This document shows positions 1-13,209 of a stretch of DNA of 64,000 nucleotides, piece after piece. Within the stretch, counting starts at the first letter, position 1; every line of letters starts with the position of its first letter. Made by a program: the position numbers and the translations under genes. The notes beneath the pieces are model-generated. The model had not been told where the DNA came from. It ran no database searches and was given only the letters and a program-made list of their open reading frames with translations. This stretch comes from Trichosphaerium sp. ATCC 40318 (taxonomy: Eukaryota; Protista; Tubulinea): contig JALMLS010000594.1 of the NCBI GenBank assembly GCA_038496445.1, forward strand, positions 143,520 through 207,519, read 5' to 3'.

Positions 1-3000
1 CAATTCAAGCGCTCTGGAGAGGAAAGAAAGCGCGTACCCTAGTATCTCGTATAAAGGCCGCTACTACTATCCAAACAGCCTACAGAGGGTATGCTGCACG
101 CAAGAGGCTTGCTACGTTAAAGAGCATCGTCAAAATCCAAGTACGAAAGAGAAAGATCAAGACGAAACTCTGACATTTCTACTTTTTAGTCATTGATTCG
201 TATGACCAAAGAACGCAATGATTTTGTTAAATCAAGAAGCTCTATCGTTTGTATTCAGAGTCTTGCTCGTGGTAATGCTGCCAGGCAATCAACTAAGGAG
301 TTGCGTGCCTCTATCAAGATTACTGCGTTCATGCGTATGGTTGTTGCTAGACGTCAGTTTATCCGCTCGAAGAATGCTTCAATCAAGATTCAATCTATTT
401 GGAGAATGCATAGTGCTAAGAAGTCGTACACATCAACAAGAGAAAGTATTGTACTCTTACAGAGCGCTTTCAGACGTGCAACACAAATGCAGCAACTTGA
501 GAAAGCAGTACAAGCTGCCACAACTATTCAAGTATGGTTTTTCTTTTTTTTTAGTTATTATTTTCCTTTTGTGCTTATGTTTTGTCTCCAGTCTATCGTT
601 AGAGGCTTTGCTGCAAAGAAACGTTATATCACTGCTCGCAAGAATATCATCCGTGCACAATCTGTTGTCCGTAGGCATCAAGCTCAATCTAAATACAACA
701 CCTTGCGCCAGTCTACAATCAAAGTTCAAGTAAGTTTTTTTTGCCTGTTCAGCCTTTTTTGCACTTTTTCTTTCTTCTGTTGCTAAATTCTTTCTTTTAC
801 AGGCATTGTGGCGTAGCGTTCTAGCTCGTAAACGAACATCTAGAATGAAGAGTGAGATTAGAGCTGCAACAATGATACAATCACTTGTTCGCATGCACCA
901 ACGTCGTTCTGAATACAATGCTCTTCGTGGAAGCGCAATCAAAATACAAGTACGACTTTTACAGCCACAAGAGATCTTTTACTGTGTTCTGACTATTGTA
1001 TAGGCTGTATGGCGTATGTCTTCTCAGAAGAAAGCGTATACTACTCTGAAGGCTGGTGCTATTAAGATCCAATCTATTTGGAAGATGACTGTTCAAAAAC
1101 GTGACTATAAAAATCTTATCAATGCAACAATCAAATTGCAATCTCTTTGGAGAGGAAAACGTGCACGTGCTTTTGTTTCAAAAATCAAAGCTGTAACAAT
1201 TATTCAATCATTATGGCGTGGTAGACAAGGTAGATCAAGCTTCCTTGCGCTCAAAAAGTCAGCAACAAAGATACAAGTAAGTATTTAGTTTTTATCTCTT
1301 CTTCTTTGTTTTTTTTGATGTCTTTGACTTACTCATCAACAAGGCTACTTGGCGCATGGTACAAGAAAGAAGGACGTACCAAAAGCAGAGAAAGTGTGCT
1401 GTTAAGCTTCAAGCTTTCTGGCGTATGTGGGCTGAGAGACGTGACTTTAATGAACTTAAGACTGTGATGATATTGGCTCAGTCTTTATGGCGTGGTGTTG
1501 CTGCAAGAAAACATGTTAAGAAACTTCGTGCTGCTATTAAAATTCAGTCGATTTTCCGCATGGCTAAGCAACGCTCGTTGTATAAGAACCTTAAATCATC
1601 AGCTATTACAGTACAGAAGCTATGGAGAGGTAAGATGGCCAGAAAAGAAGCTTTGCGTTTGCGTTCTGCCATCACCATTCAGGTTCGTTTTTCTTTCTTA
1701 TTTTTTAAGTATTTCACCTGTTGCTTGTTTGTTGTTCCTTATTGACCTCTAATAATAGTCTACATGGCGTATGGTAAAGCAGAAGAGGCAGTACACCAAA
1801 GAGAAATCGAGTGCTGTTAAGCTTCAAGCGTTCTGGCGCATGTGCTCTGAAAAACGTAACTTTCAAGTTTTACGAAAGTCTGCAGTCATTGTACAGTCAC
1901 TATGGCGTGGTATCCGTGCGAGAAAGTTTGCCTCAAAGATCCGTGCTATCATTACCGTACAAGCATTATGGAGAGGCAAGAAAGCTAGACAACATGTCAA
2001 AGAAATTAGAGCAGCAATCAAAATCCAATCTGTTTTCCGCATGGTCAAGGAAAAACGTTCGTTCAACAAGATAAAATCATCTGCTATTACAATACAAGTA
2101 CGTTATTAAAATAAGAGCCAAAAAAGGGTGACTCTCTTGGTCGTGAAAGCGAAAAACTTTTTTTTTTTGGGCTTTTATTTTTGACTTTTGTGCTGATGAT
2201 TTTCTTCTTAGGCTGCTTGTCGTATGATGTCACAACGTTCTCGTTTTAATACTCTTAAAGCTGGCGCTATAAAGGGTCAATCCCTATGGCGTATGATACG
2301 CCAACAGCGCTCTTTCCTTGCGTTGAAAGAAGGTGCTATAAAGGCACAGTCTTTGTTTAGAGGAATAAAAGCAAGACGTGATTACAAGCGATTACGTGCT
2401 GCTATCACTATCCAACGTTTCGCTAGAGGATCGTTGGCTAGAAAAGCATACAAACAAGATGTTGAGAAGGTCAAAAAAGCCCAAGCTACTGTCAGAAGGT
2501 TTTTGGCTCAAAAACAATATGCAAGATTAAGAGCTTCTATTGTCCTTCAAACACATGTACGTCACATGATCCTTTATTGTTTGTACTTGATTTACACGCA
2601 TGTATCCTTACACATTTGTTCAGGTACGAGCATTTAACGCTTCTCAAGAGCTCAAGAGAGGTGTTAATGCGGCTGCCAAGATTCAAGCTGCTTGGCGTGG
2701 TCACGTTGCCAGAAATCATGTTGAATCTATCAAGGCTGCAGCTGTTGTGATTCAGAAGGTATGGCGTGGACGTCAAGCCAGAAGATTTGCTGCCAAATTG
2801 AGAGCTGTTATTTTCATCCAGGTATGTTTTCTCTTTTTTGGAGCTTCGCGCAGCGACATCTTTGCTTACTCTTCTTTCTAGTCTCAGAGACGTATGGTTG
2901 TAGCCAGGAGAGCTTACCTAAAGCTTCGTTCTGCTACTGTCAAGATTCAAGCACAGTGGAGGATGCAAAAGGAAAAGAAAGCATTCAGAGTTAAACAAAA

Positions 3001-5279
3001 CGCTGCCATCAAGATCCAATCTGTTGCACGTATGGCTCAAGAACGTGCTAGATTTACTACTCTAAAATCTTCGGCTATCACATTGCAAGCCTTGTGGAGA
3101 GGCAAGGAAGCTAGAAAACAAGCTATTTACCTCAGAGCTGCGATTAAGATTCAGGTACTTTTTTTTTTTGACATTTTTTTCTTGCTTTTTTCTTAGAAAA
3201 ACAACTTGTTGTTAACGTATCTCTTTTTTAGTCTGCTTGGCGTATGGTTTCTGAAAAGCGTCGATATGAGGCACTCAAGAGCGCTACAATCAAAGCACAA
3301 GCGCTTATCCGTGGAAAGATCCAAAAGCGTTCTTTCACTGAGAAGAAAAAAGCAACGATTGCAATTCAAACTGCTTGGCGTGCAAACAGAGCTCGTGCTC
3401 TTCTTGCAAGGATGAAAGCTGCTGTGAAGATCCAATCATTATGGCGTATGTCCTCACAAAGGACTCAATTCCTAGCTCTTAAAAAGGCAGCAACAGCTGC
3501 TCAGAGTCTATGGAGAGGACGTAATGCTCGTGTTCATGTCACTCAAATAAGATCTGCTATTAAGATACAAGTAAGTCAGAGGAAGAAACTACTTTTTTTT
3601 TTCATTCTTGTTTTGGTTGGAAGTGAGTGAGCTTGTGTGCTAATGTTGTATTTCTGTAGTCTGTTGTACGTATGGTACAATGCAGGAAATCGTTTGTAGA
3701 AAAGAAGGATGCCTGTGTTACATTCCAACGTATTTTCCGTGGAAAACAAGCAAGAGAACAAGTTGCTAGACTCCGTGCTGCCATTAAGGTTCAATCAGTT
3801 TTCCGTATGTACAAAGCAAAGATGATCTTGGCTCAATTACGTCGTGAACATCATGAACGTCAGCAACACAATGCTGCAACTCTTATACAGTCAATGGTAC
3901 GCCTATTAGTACTATAAAATCGAAGTTTTGGCTAATAATAATTCAGATACGTCAACGTAATGTCGCCTTCAATGTTTGTGTTAACGTGAATCAAATTGCA
4001 AAATGCCAAGCTTTCTTTCGTGGATTCTTGGTTCGAAAACAACTCAAAGAAACTCGCCGAGCAGTATCTCTAGCTCAAGCCCTATGGCGTGGAAAGATTG
4101 CACGCACTCGTGTTGCAAAGCTTAAGGCAGCAAAGGTCATCCTTACTCGATACAGAGCTATTAAGGCCAGAAAAGAATTTCTTTCTTTGAAACGAGCAAC
4201 AGTTTTGATTCAAGCAAGATTCAGAGGTAACAAAGTACGCGATTCTTATGCCCATATTCGTGCACAAAGACAAGAATCTGCTGCCTTGAAGATACAGAGT
4301 CTTGTGAGAAGACATGCTGCATACAATCGTGCACAACGTATAGAGCCTTCAGCTGTTAAGATACAGGTGAGTCTTATTTTTTTCTTTATTTTTTCTGATT
4401 CTTGTCCGTTTTTCTCTTCTGTTCTTTTGTACTAAGTTTAATAATAGTCGTTATGGCGTGGATATGTATCTAGAAAACGTACAACAAAGAAGATTCAAGA
4501 TATTCGCGTTCGCCTTGCAAAAACACGTCAGGAGTTTTCAGCGAATAAAACACTTGGATACAGAACAAAACAAGCACTTCATACTCTATTGAAATCAAAG
4601 CAATTGACACCAATCAGACGTGCCTTGAGCCTACTTGGTACGTTTAACACTCAGAAAGTGTATGAATCTATGTATAGTTGTACTGACGCCTTGTTTTCGT
4701 AGATCTTTCGACCAGATATTCACCTCTTTGCGCATCGTATTGTGTTCAAATCAACTGCGTTGATATCATCCTTGATCTCTTAACTCGCCTTAACCGCTCT
4801 GCTCCTCATCTTAGTATCTTAACTCTTGGTCTTAATGTACTACTCAACTTGTCTCTTTACCCAGCTACATCTAGTGCTGTGTTCTCGAGCAATTTGTGTG
4901 TCACTACACTAATGACTGTCATGACGAAGTATAAAGACCAAAATGAAGTTTTCAGAGTTGCTGCACAACTCTTCTATGTACTCCTATCTTTTTGTCCTGC
5001 GAGGATGGAAAAGCTTCGCTCAAGTGTATATGGAGGTCGATGGAATCACAAAGCAATCGTACAGGTACGTTATCTTGATGATGAGTTTTCTGAACTTTTT
5101 TGATTTATGAGGGGTTGATTGTTGACTTGTTTTTTTTCTAGCAATTACAAGCTACCAAGAGGATGATGGTAAAACGTTTTGGTATGCAAAAGAAAGCACG
5201 AAAGCCTGTTAATATGCTCACGTCTACAAAACGTGCTATAAGCCAATTAGACTCACTTCTTGGTGTTCTTGTAAAGTAA
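1..5279 (+). CDS. ASPM: ASPM/Asp-like protein, 3' part (very long IQ-motif array plus C-terminal ARM/HEAT-like region); 5' end lies outside the window
   Basis: Dozens of IQxxWRG/IQxxxRM motifs across multiple exons. The post-IQ region (KTLGYRTKQALHTLLKSKQL...LTRLNRSAPHL...KYKDQNEVFRVAAQL) resembles the ASPM C-terminus. The last exon ends LLGVLVK-TAA at 5277-5279. Confidence 0.85.
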
Positions 5280-5505
5280 AAAAAAAAAATCCAACCGAAT
5301 AAAAACCACAAAGTGTACTTTTAGTCATTGACTTTGTTTTTTGTCGTTACTTGGACTACATTCAATACATCACGTGATCAGAAGTTTTGTAGTTTGAAAA
5401 AAAAATACAATTGAACTACCATTGACTTGAGTTTGTGATTGTTAGTACTCGTGTTGAACCACCAACGCTAGCTTAAGTCTCGCAGTACAAGTTTATTTTG
5501 TATTG

Positions 5506-7146
5506 ATGTCTTGCGAGACATTTTGGCCTTTACACCTTGAATGCAGCGGAAGAGGAACTTGCGTTAATGGTACATGTGTATGCAACCATGGGTAAGCGTA
5601 AATAGGGGTTTTAATAAATAACAAGAGGTAATCGCCTTATTTCTTTTTAAAATCAGCTAGATGGTCTGGTGACGGCTTAATGATGAGGTTAATAGACGAT
5701 CAAGGGCATAATATTGCTTGTTACTCAAATAAATACGCTGTAATCGGTGCATACAGTGTAGCGCTTCTGGTGGGCACAATATCAGTATTTATAGCGCTGT
5801 GGAAGCTCTTATCAGTAATAAGCAAGTATAAATGGCCAGATATCTACAACTTTGATAAAAACCTTAGCGTTTACCTCCTTATCATTTTCAGCGGCGTAGG
5901 TACAGACCAAGAATGATTTAGTGTTTTTGCAACGCTTTATTTTTTTGGATTTTCTTCTCTCCCTCTCGTATCCAGCACGTGATTACAAAGTAATTGATTT
6001 GTATATACAATATATACATTGTTAATTGCTAAGCATGGATTGTTTGGGAGGGTATTTTTAGCTCAAAAATCATTCTCAACTTGCGGTTACTAAAGTTTTT
6101 TGTAGGAGGTATTTGTACAGCAGCACTTGTTATTGGCGGTTTTAAGATTACAACGGATGTGACATTACTTATATTTGTGTTATTTTCTTCAAGTAGTAAC
6201 AATGCAGTACTTACAATTATGTCTTTAAGACTCACAAGGTGCGACACTAAATTAAGAAAAAAAAACCATTACAAACTTGACATTACTCAGTTGCTTTCTA
6301 TTTGCAACCACGTGTTTGTTTTGAAGTTGCGTATTCATTATATTATTTTTTTGCTGATCACGTGAATACTGACTTGTTTGGCTATAGAGTTATTGAGAGA
6401 GTGCCTCATGTTTCTCGTTTCAGCAGTTCAATGACTTGGATAAAAACAGTTCAATACATTACCAGTTTTGTATTTGTTACTGGATTTTGGTGTGTTCCAA
6501 TGCTTGTATTTTTTTCGAATGGGTCATCATTCAGGGGTACGCCATCACATTGAACTAAATCCTCCCTTTTTTGGTTTTTATTTAAAAAGCAAGTGTACTG
6601 GACGTGTTTCTCTCACATACCTTCCGTATACATCAATATTCTTTTTCCCGTTAAGGGCTATTTTTGATGTACAAGAAAAGTATGAAAGTTTTTTATAGTG
6701 AGGGAGAGCATGCAGAATACTTGCATATTTTATGTCAGCTAATGTTTTCCTTAGTTCGTTTGCTTTATCTTACGATCATACTATTTGTTTTTACATTCAT
6801 ACCGCAAACTATCCTTTATCTTGTTTTTACTAGAAGGATAATTCACGGATTAAACAAAGGAATAGAACTTTCTGGAAATGCAGAACTTGTCAAGCCAACA
6901 ATTAAGAAATTAAAAGGATTAAGGTTATCTCTTATTATACCATCATGTGTCATCATGGCACTTGTTTTTACTGTATTGTTATTTATTGCTTTAATGGATT
7001 ATCTCATATTCATTGCTTTCTGTGCACATAACGCTGGTTTGATAAGAATTACATGGATTGTACTTAAAGAAAACAACAAAAATTCATCAACAAGTAGCTC
7101 CAAGAACTCACGGCCTGCACCTGTTAATGTCACTGTTGGACAATAA
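5506..7146 (+). CDS. EGF-like domain plus about 7 transmembrane helices (GPCR-like receptor)
   Basis: Spliced N-terminus MSCETFWPLHLECSGRGTCVNGTCVCNHGWSGDG (intron 5592-5660) joins ORF 5680 in frame. About seven hydrophobic segments follow over the later exons, then a Ser-rich tail. Confidence 0.65.
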
Positions 7147-7408
7147 AATACCCCCCTTGTACTACTAAAATACCTTTCTATTGGGTTTGCAAATACTGTT
7201 CACATAATTGATGAGCTGCTTTTTTGAAGCACCCAAAACATCATCCAAAAAATAGAACAAAACGGCTAAAACTTACTGTTTTCAAAGAAATATATAACAT
7301 GCTCCAAATTTCGCAACAAGTAGTGTAAACCCATTACAGTACTCTAATATGTACAAAGAACCAAAAGAAACAATCTTGGCAATGAAAGCAGACACTGAAT
7401 TCAAGCTG

Positions 7409-8420
7409 CTATAACTCAAAGTCTAGTTGATGTAAAGCCCATATATCATCATAAGAGGGGGTGGGCCCAGATGACCAGCCACTGTTTATAGATAAATCAT
7501 CATAAAAGTCAAGCCCTGATGAATCAGTGTTTGGAGAGAAAGGATATCCACTTGTGAAGAATACTATACCAGGAATTATCACGTCTTCAGTCACAAAAGT
7601 ATTATGTGCTATCAAAGTATGAATACCTTTCAATACCTTAACCCCATCATCACTAACTTTGGTATGACTAACATAAAGAGTATGTACACCGACCAACGCT
7701 TTAATACCTTCATCAGTAACCCTAGTACCTGTAATATTAACCTCATGTGCACCAGCTAATTCCTTGATGCCCTCATCAGTTATTTTGTAGCAATACGACA
7801 AGTCAATAGTGTGTACACCAGCCAACGCTTTAACACCTTCATCAGAGAACGTGTTACATCTACCCAAGTTTATAGTATGCACACCAGCAAGAAACTTGAG
7901 TCCTTCATCAGTAACAAATGAACTCCTTAAGTCGACAGTATGAATACCACCCAATGTCATAATACTAGCATCAGATGGTGCAGCTTCGCTAAGATCAATT
8001 GAATGTAATCTACAGCACTCGTAATCGACATCTTCTCCAAATAGACCTTCAATACCTGATGTTTTAAATCCAGCAAGAACACAGATAATATCATCCCCAC
8101 GGTCGTTGTCTTGTAGAAAGAAATGTTAGAATGATTAGATGATGTGATAGACAGGTGTTGTACCAACAATGTTATTATCTAGGGTTAGGACTTTAACTGC
8201 AGTCTTCGTCTTTCGTGCTTCAGAGAACATATTGTTGAATAGGTACGCTTGAGCTAGTGTTCTTATTATCACTGTATTGTACCCAACGATGTTATGAATG
8301 ATAGAGCAAAGGTGTCTACAACTTTGTGACACTGAGAAGCGGGTTTTTGTCGTATTTTCAAGTATTTTACTCAAAATCTCAATAGGGAGCTCCAGTAAGT
8401 TTGTAGGTCTATGTTGCGTA
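7409..8420 (-). CDS. F-box/LRR protein (AGVHTI..VTDEG repeat family); start uncertain
   Basis: F-box LLELPIEILSKIL...SQSCRHL. One GT-AG intron at about 8162-8111 restores the frame into the LRRs (LAGVHTINLGRCNTFSDEGVKA). Confidence 0.8.
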
Positions 8421-8654
8421 TGAAAAAATATTTGGGGACAAATTAACGTACGAATGGACGTTATATCTTTCTGACATGTTGTAAACGCCTTTGGTGACTT
8501 TTTTGGGTTAAAATTGAAGCCAAGTGAGGGTCTGTTAACTACACGTGGTGTTATCACGTGATTCTAGAATGGAAAATCCGAAAATAATTTTGATAGCAAT
8601 CACAACTTGCTTGTGTTATACTGAGAATAGCAACTGACTGTACTTGGTTTATCA

Positions 8655-8760
8655 TTTCGCTAATGGATTGAGGCCTATGTCTGTGACTCTTGTCCACTTT
8701 ATATATACACTCCATACAACGCTACATCTTCATCCGTCATACCGTGAACTCCAGCAGGAC
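8655..8760 (-). pseudogene. Decayed LRR fragment
   Basis: Frame-broken peptides PAGVHGMTDEDV and WTRVTDIGLNPLA resemble the local LRR consensus. Confidence 0.35.
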
Positions 8761-9083
8761 TTTGAATTGAAAGCAAGAAGTGAATGTCAGATGATAGGCC
8801 AACCACAGTTGGCAGCCTGTTTAAGTATTGCAACATTTGGCGTATAGACTATATTCTTTTGAGCGCAGGTCAAGGACGTACAGCTTTGATATCTCCTATT
8901 TGTTAGATAAAACAGCCGAAGTTCACATTGCGGAGGTCCAAACGTCTCAACGAGGGACGTAATGGTGTCTAAACAAAGTCACACAATCGCGATTCTATGG
9001 TGTCATTTCACTTCGCGTGTAGTTTACACTTTTGGTCATCTTGTAAGGTATCCAGGGATTTTTATTGCTTTTGGTGATAGTGT

Positions 9084-12000
9084 TTATGAAACGTATACAT
9101 GGTAAATATCTGTTTTTTTAACATTACCATGTACATCAACAGCAGATATATAGTAATCCAAAAGAACTTGTTTGTATCCTTTTAGTTCGTAAAAGTATCC
9201 ATCGCTTATTACTGTAGGTGGGAAAGAGAATTTAACATTACCCTTTGGATCAGCTGCAGGCATGGTGCGCTTTGTCATTGTGAAAGTCTACAAGTACAAG
9301 GTGAACATAAGCGAAAACTACAGTTGGTATGTTGGTTTGTTGTATGCCGTACCTTCCAAGGACCTGGCGCATCTAGTCCATAATCTTTAGGCTCATATAC
9401 TTCATTTGAGTTATCACTAAGAGGATTGACACCATCTGAATCCTCTCGGACATTCAAAGTAACATTTTGGACACCACTGACATCAAAAACTGAACTTGAC
9501 GTGAGCAACACTACTACTTCTGCAAATAAAGGAACGTACCAAAACTGTACACGTAGAAATCACGTGACATATTAGTGTATTTATAGTTCCATAAAGATCC
9601 CATACCATAACCACCAGGGTTATAAGGGTGTCGCATTACATACCTAACAATATAAACAACCAAAAATTGTAAAAAAAATAGTACTCACCATACACTTGGA
9701 GGAGTCTTATCTTGAGCGTTATTGGAAACTGACAACGCTTTTTTAGCGTGTTCTATTGCTGTATTGCAAGCAACAGATTGTTTATCAGCCATGTCTTGTA
9801 CTGCACCATAGTACACTATAGAGTTAAAGAAAGATCATAAACGAAAGAAGAAAAAGAAGTATTAAGGATACTGTAGCCAGACGTAAGAGAAGGAAGGTAG
9901 AAATGCCAAGCTAGTTCAGCCTCAGTAACTTTCCCTTTTGTTGGATTTTGTATTTGAGCAGTTCTAACACCACCTGATACATTTGCCGCCATTTCAACAT
10001 AATTCTAGGCAGACAAAAATTAGAAAATTAAAAAAAAACACTAATATCAATACGTACTTGTGCTGCTGTTATAACTGCCCAGTTACGTTCATTTACAGCC
10101 CATCCGTTAGGTATATCATAGTCAGGATATTGGCCTTTACCTTGAAGAGGTCTGTTCCAGTTAATGAATCTAGGAGATCCAAAGTCACCGTCTGCATTTA
10201 CCCTTCAAAAAAAATAAAGTAAACAAATAGTCTTAAAATCTTCAACTCACCATGGACCGTCTTCTACGTGAATGACATCATCTTCATCGACAGGGAAGTC
10301 TTTCAAGTATTGATTTATAGTTGTTGGATTGTATCCGTCTGATACAGCTGACTTTGCAAAGTTTTGTACACATTGCATGTAGTAAGAGTATCCGCCACCT
10401 TAATTTTTAGTCATTCTTCCAAAACAACGTGTGTCTGTTGTTGTCAAAATGGCGTACCAAAATCGTTATCGCCATCGTGAGCGAATAGCACTAGCATAGG
10501 ATGCTTTGGATCATTTTTGGAAGCTATATTTTGGATATCTTGTGTACCATAGCATTCGTAACCATCTTGCCAACTAAAATTTAACAAAGTTAGATACATT
10601 TACATTCTGTTAAAATACTCGCTTATTACCTCATTGCTTGGGCTGCTGGTACTACAATTATTTTATGCTCTTCGCCTGTATTAGGATCTACATGCTTAGC
10701 ATAATGAGGACGATATGAGAAAGGCTAATATTAGTACTTAGCATAAAACGATCAATCTTTGCAATTTGTAGTTACGTATGCATTGTTTGGCGTGCATCCA
10801 CGGGAAATACTTTGTTGGTGATAATCGGATTGCTTTGGGTTAACTTGATCAGCTGGATTAGGTGGGTTATTATTATCGCCATGCTAAAGTAGTTTTAGCG
10901 TCTGAGGAAGGTAAAGAAAAAAGTGAAAGAAAAACCAAACTCAGTTTTGTCTTTTCACAAGAGACTATTAACAGCGTACAATCGAATAAGGATAATCCTT
11001 GCAAGCACGTGATATGTGATTATTTGGTACAATAACCCATTCGATACCTTAACAAAAAATAAGATTGTAAAAGTCAACGAAAAAAAACACGTATTTGTTT
11101 TGTGATTCAGCCTCAAATTTCTTACCTTGCTTAACTAGTGTTGGTATCATACGCTCCGAAAAAGACATTTCTGCAGGAAAGAAACCTTTAGAATAAGGCA
11201 CGTTACCCCACGTCTTCGAATACATGAGTTTATGAGTCTCAATCTCAATATTAAAAGCCACAGGATCAACAAGAGGCGCAATAACACTTATTGGTGTTAG
11301 TACATTATTTTCATTTCAAATGCGTAACTGATGGTAAGTAAATGACACCATATCAAGCTTAGTTTCTCCGCCTATAAACATTATAAATACCGTCACGTGG
11401 AGAAAATACCAACACCTTCCTTATTAAGACAAAACAACAAAAAAAGAAATTTCTTTGTAACATTTTCTGTAGTTTTGTAGCGCACCTGATGTCTTATGTG
11501 ATGCCATATAGTTCGCATACGTTTTATTCCAGTCTTTGCCATACTGTCCATTATTCCAACCGTTATTAGCAAGACTGTTGATGTTCTCAATCAAGTCTGC
11601 AGCGTAGCTCACCTTACAATTGTTAGACAGGTCACAAAGTCTTGTTAAGCGTCAGAGACATACCTGAGCGCCTGCGTCTGCAAGGTTTGCGATAGTATTC
11701 AAAGCATCAGCGGCTCTGGATTGATAAATCGCCACACGATCAGCTTTCCCAAATACACTAGACATATCTGTCTCTGGGTGACCGCCTTGTTGATTTTGAA
11801 GCTATTTTAACGTTGTTAACCGTTGCACACGTGAAGAAGAAAAAAAAAGAATGTCGTCAAAGCACCAAGTTGCTTTATTGGTCTGATCTCGTACCTGGAG
11901 AGACTGGTATGCTTTTTGGTAGTTATTTGGGTCTGTTGGGATAGGTGCAGGCCACTATACGTTGTAAGGTGATAAAATAGCATCTAAAAGCTAATAAACG

Positions 12001-12114
12001 CACGTAAATAGGTTGTTGTAGGTGCCAGTGCCATGAAGTCTGAATGTTAGTATTTTGAGCTCCTAATACGCCTAAAAGGGAGACTAAAACTATTACTAGC
12101 GGTTTTATACCCAT
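9084..12114 (-). CDS. Secreted GH57/GH119-like alpha-amylase/amylopullulanase
   Basis: Signal peptide, then WHWHLQQPIYW (CSR1-like), GFFPAEMSF (putative nucleophile Glu), LFAHDGDN (putative acid/base Asp) and VEDGPWV. Multi-exon. Confidence 0.75.
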
Positions 12115-12510
12115 TTTGGTCTGAAAAGTAGAAACGGGGTGCCTTAAGCCACAAAAGCGAACTGTTCCCTTATTTCGACAAAACTAGAAAGTTTTGTTCC
12201 CCATTCTTGGCCATACAAATTATATTTGAGTCTCTGACGCTCCTTTCGTATGGTACCCTGCGATACCATTGTTGATGGTATCAGGCCTGTATTTTGAAAG
12301 GTGCAAATGTGACACATGAACACGTGAGACAACCGCATTTGTTTTCAAAGTTTGTATTATTTGGATATTTGTTAGCTGAGCTTATTACATGTATGCCATG
12401 TTAGCCGTATTACTAACATCAAATAGTTTATCTAATCACGTGACTTTGCAACATTGTATTCCGTTATGAATGAACATGAGTATATTTATTGGCAGCCCAA
12501 TTTTCTAAAG

Positions 12511-12903
12511 GTTACTTTAAAGGTGCCCATGGTGCTGTGATAATGAATAATTGTACAGACCAAAATTGGTTTGAAAATACACAAAGCTGGTTGCAAGCGC
12601 TTGATAGAGAGGCGCCAGATGATATACAAAAATACTTGTTGGAACAAAAAGTGACCTCCTAGAAGAAAGTGTTGTTGATGCTGATGTTGCTCAGGTATTA
12701 TAGCAACTGTACATTTTCTTAGTAGTAGGTGTAACCAACTTTAGGCATTTGCTGCTACACATGAGATGGTTCTTTGAATGCTCTGCCAAAGAATCTATGA
12801 ATGGTATGAAAACGTTAAGTCATACAAGTGTTTAATTCAGTATTTTGTAGTTAAAGAAACCTTTATTCTATTGGCATCCATGATGTACAACAATGAAGAA
12901 TGA
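12511..12903 (+). pseudogene. Truncated, frameshifted Rab-family GTPase
   Basis: YFKGAHGAVI...WLQALDREAPDDIQK / ILVGTKSDL (G4) / FFECSAKE (G5). Two frameshifts (about 12633 and 12769), and no G1-G3 boxes visible upstream. Introns are retained. Confidence 0.7.
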
Positions 12904-13029
12904 CTGGTTATTGTATAGTAAATCTCGTTGTTTTATTTAACAAGTGGAAATCTGTCTTGGAGGTCGCATAACAATATCAGCTTGTTGATGGACTAAAAAA
13001 GTCTATTGTTGAGGTTTACTTGGTGTAAA

Positions 13030-13098
13030 ACCTTCATCAGTTACTACAGTGTCAATGAGATGAATAGGATTAACACCTCTCAAAGCTTCCTTCATCAT
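13030..13098 (-). pseudogene. Decayed LRR fragment
   Basis: DEG-[deletion]-ALRGVNPIHLIDTVVTDEG matches ALKGVHTI...VTDEG of the F-box/LRR genes. Confidence 0.5.
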
Positions 13099-13209
13099 AC
13101 CGAAACCATGTTACTAACTGTTTTTTTGTTTTTACTGAACTGATGACACGTGTATGTCTATTTCATACATGTTTTATTAGAGAAAAAAATGTGCTTTGCT
13201 TTATTGTGC

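Noticed and set aside
1-5279. Myosin heavy chain as the identity of the IQ array
   Set aside because: There are far more IQ motifs than in myosins, and the C-terminus is ASPM-like rather than a myosin tail.
7957-8169. Apparent frameshift or pseudogene in the F-box/LRR gene
   Set aside because: A canonical GT-AG intron restores a continuous frame.
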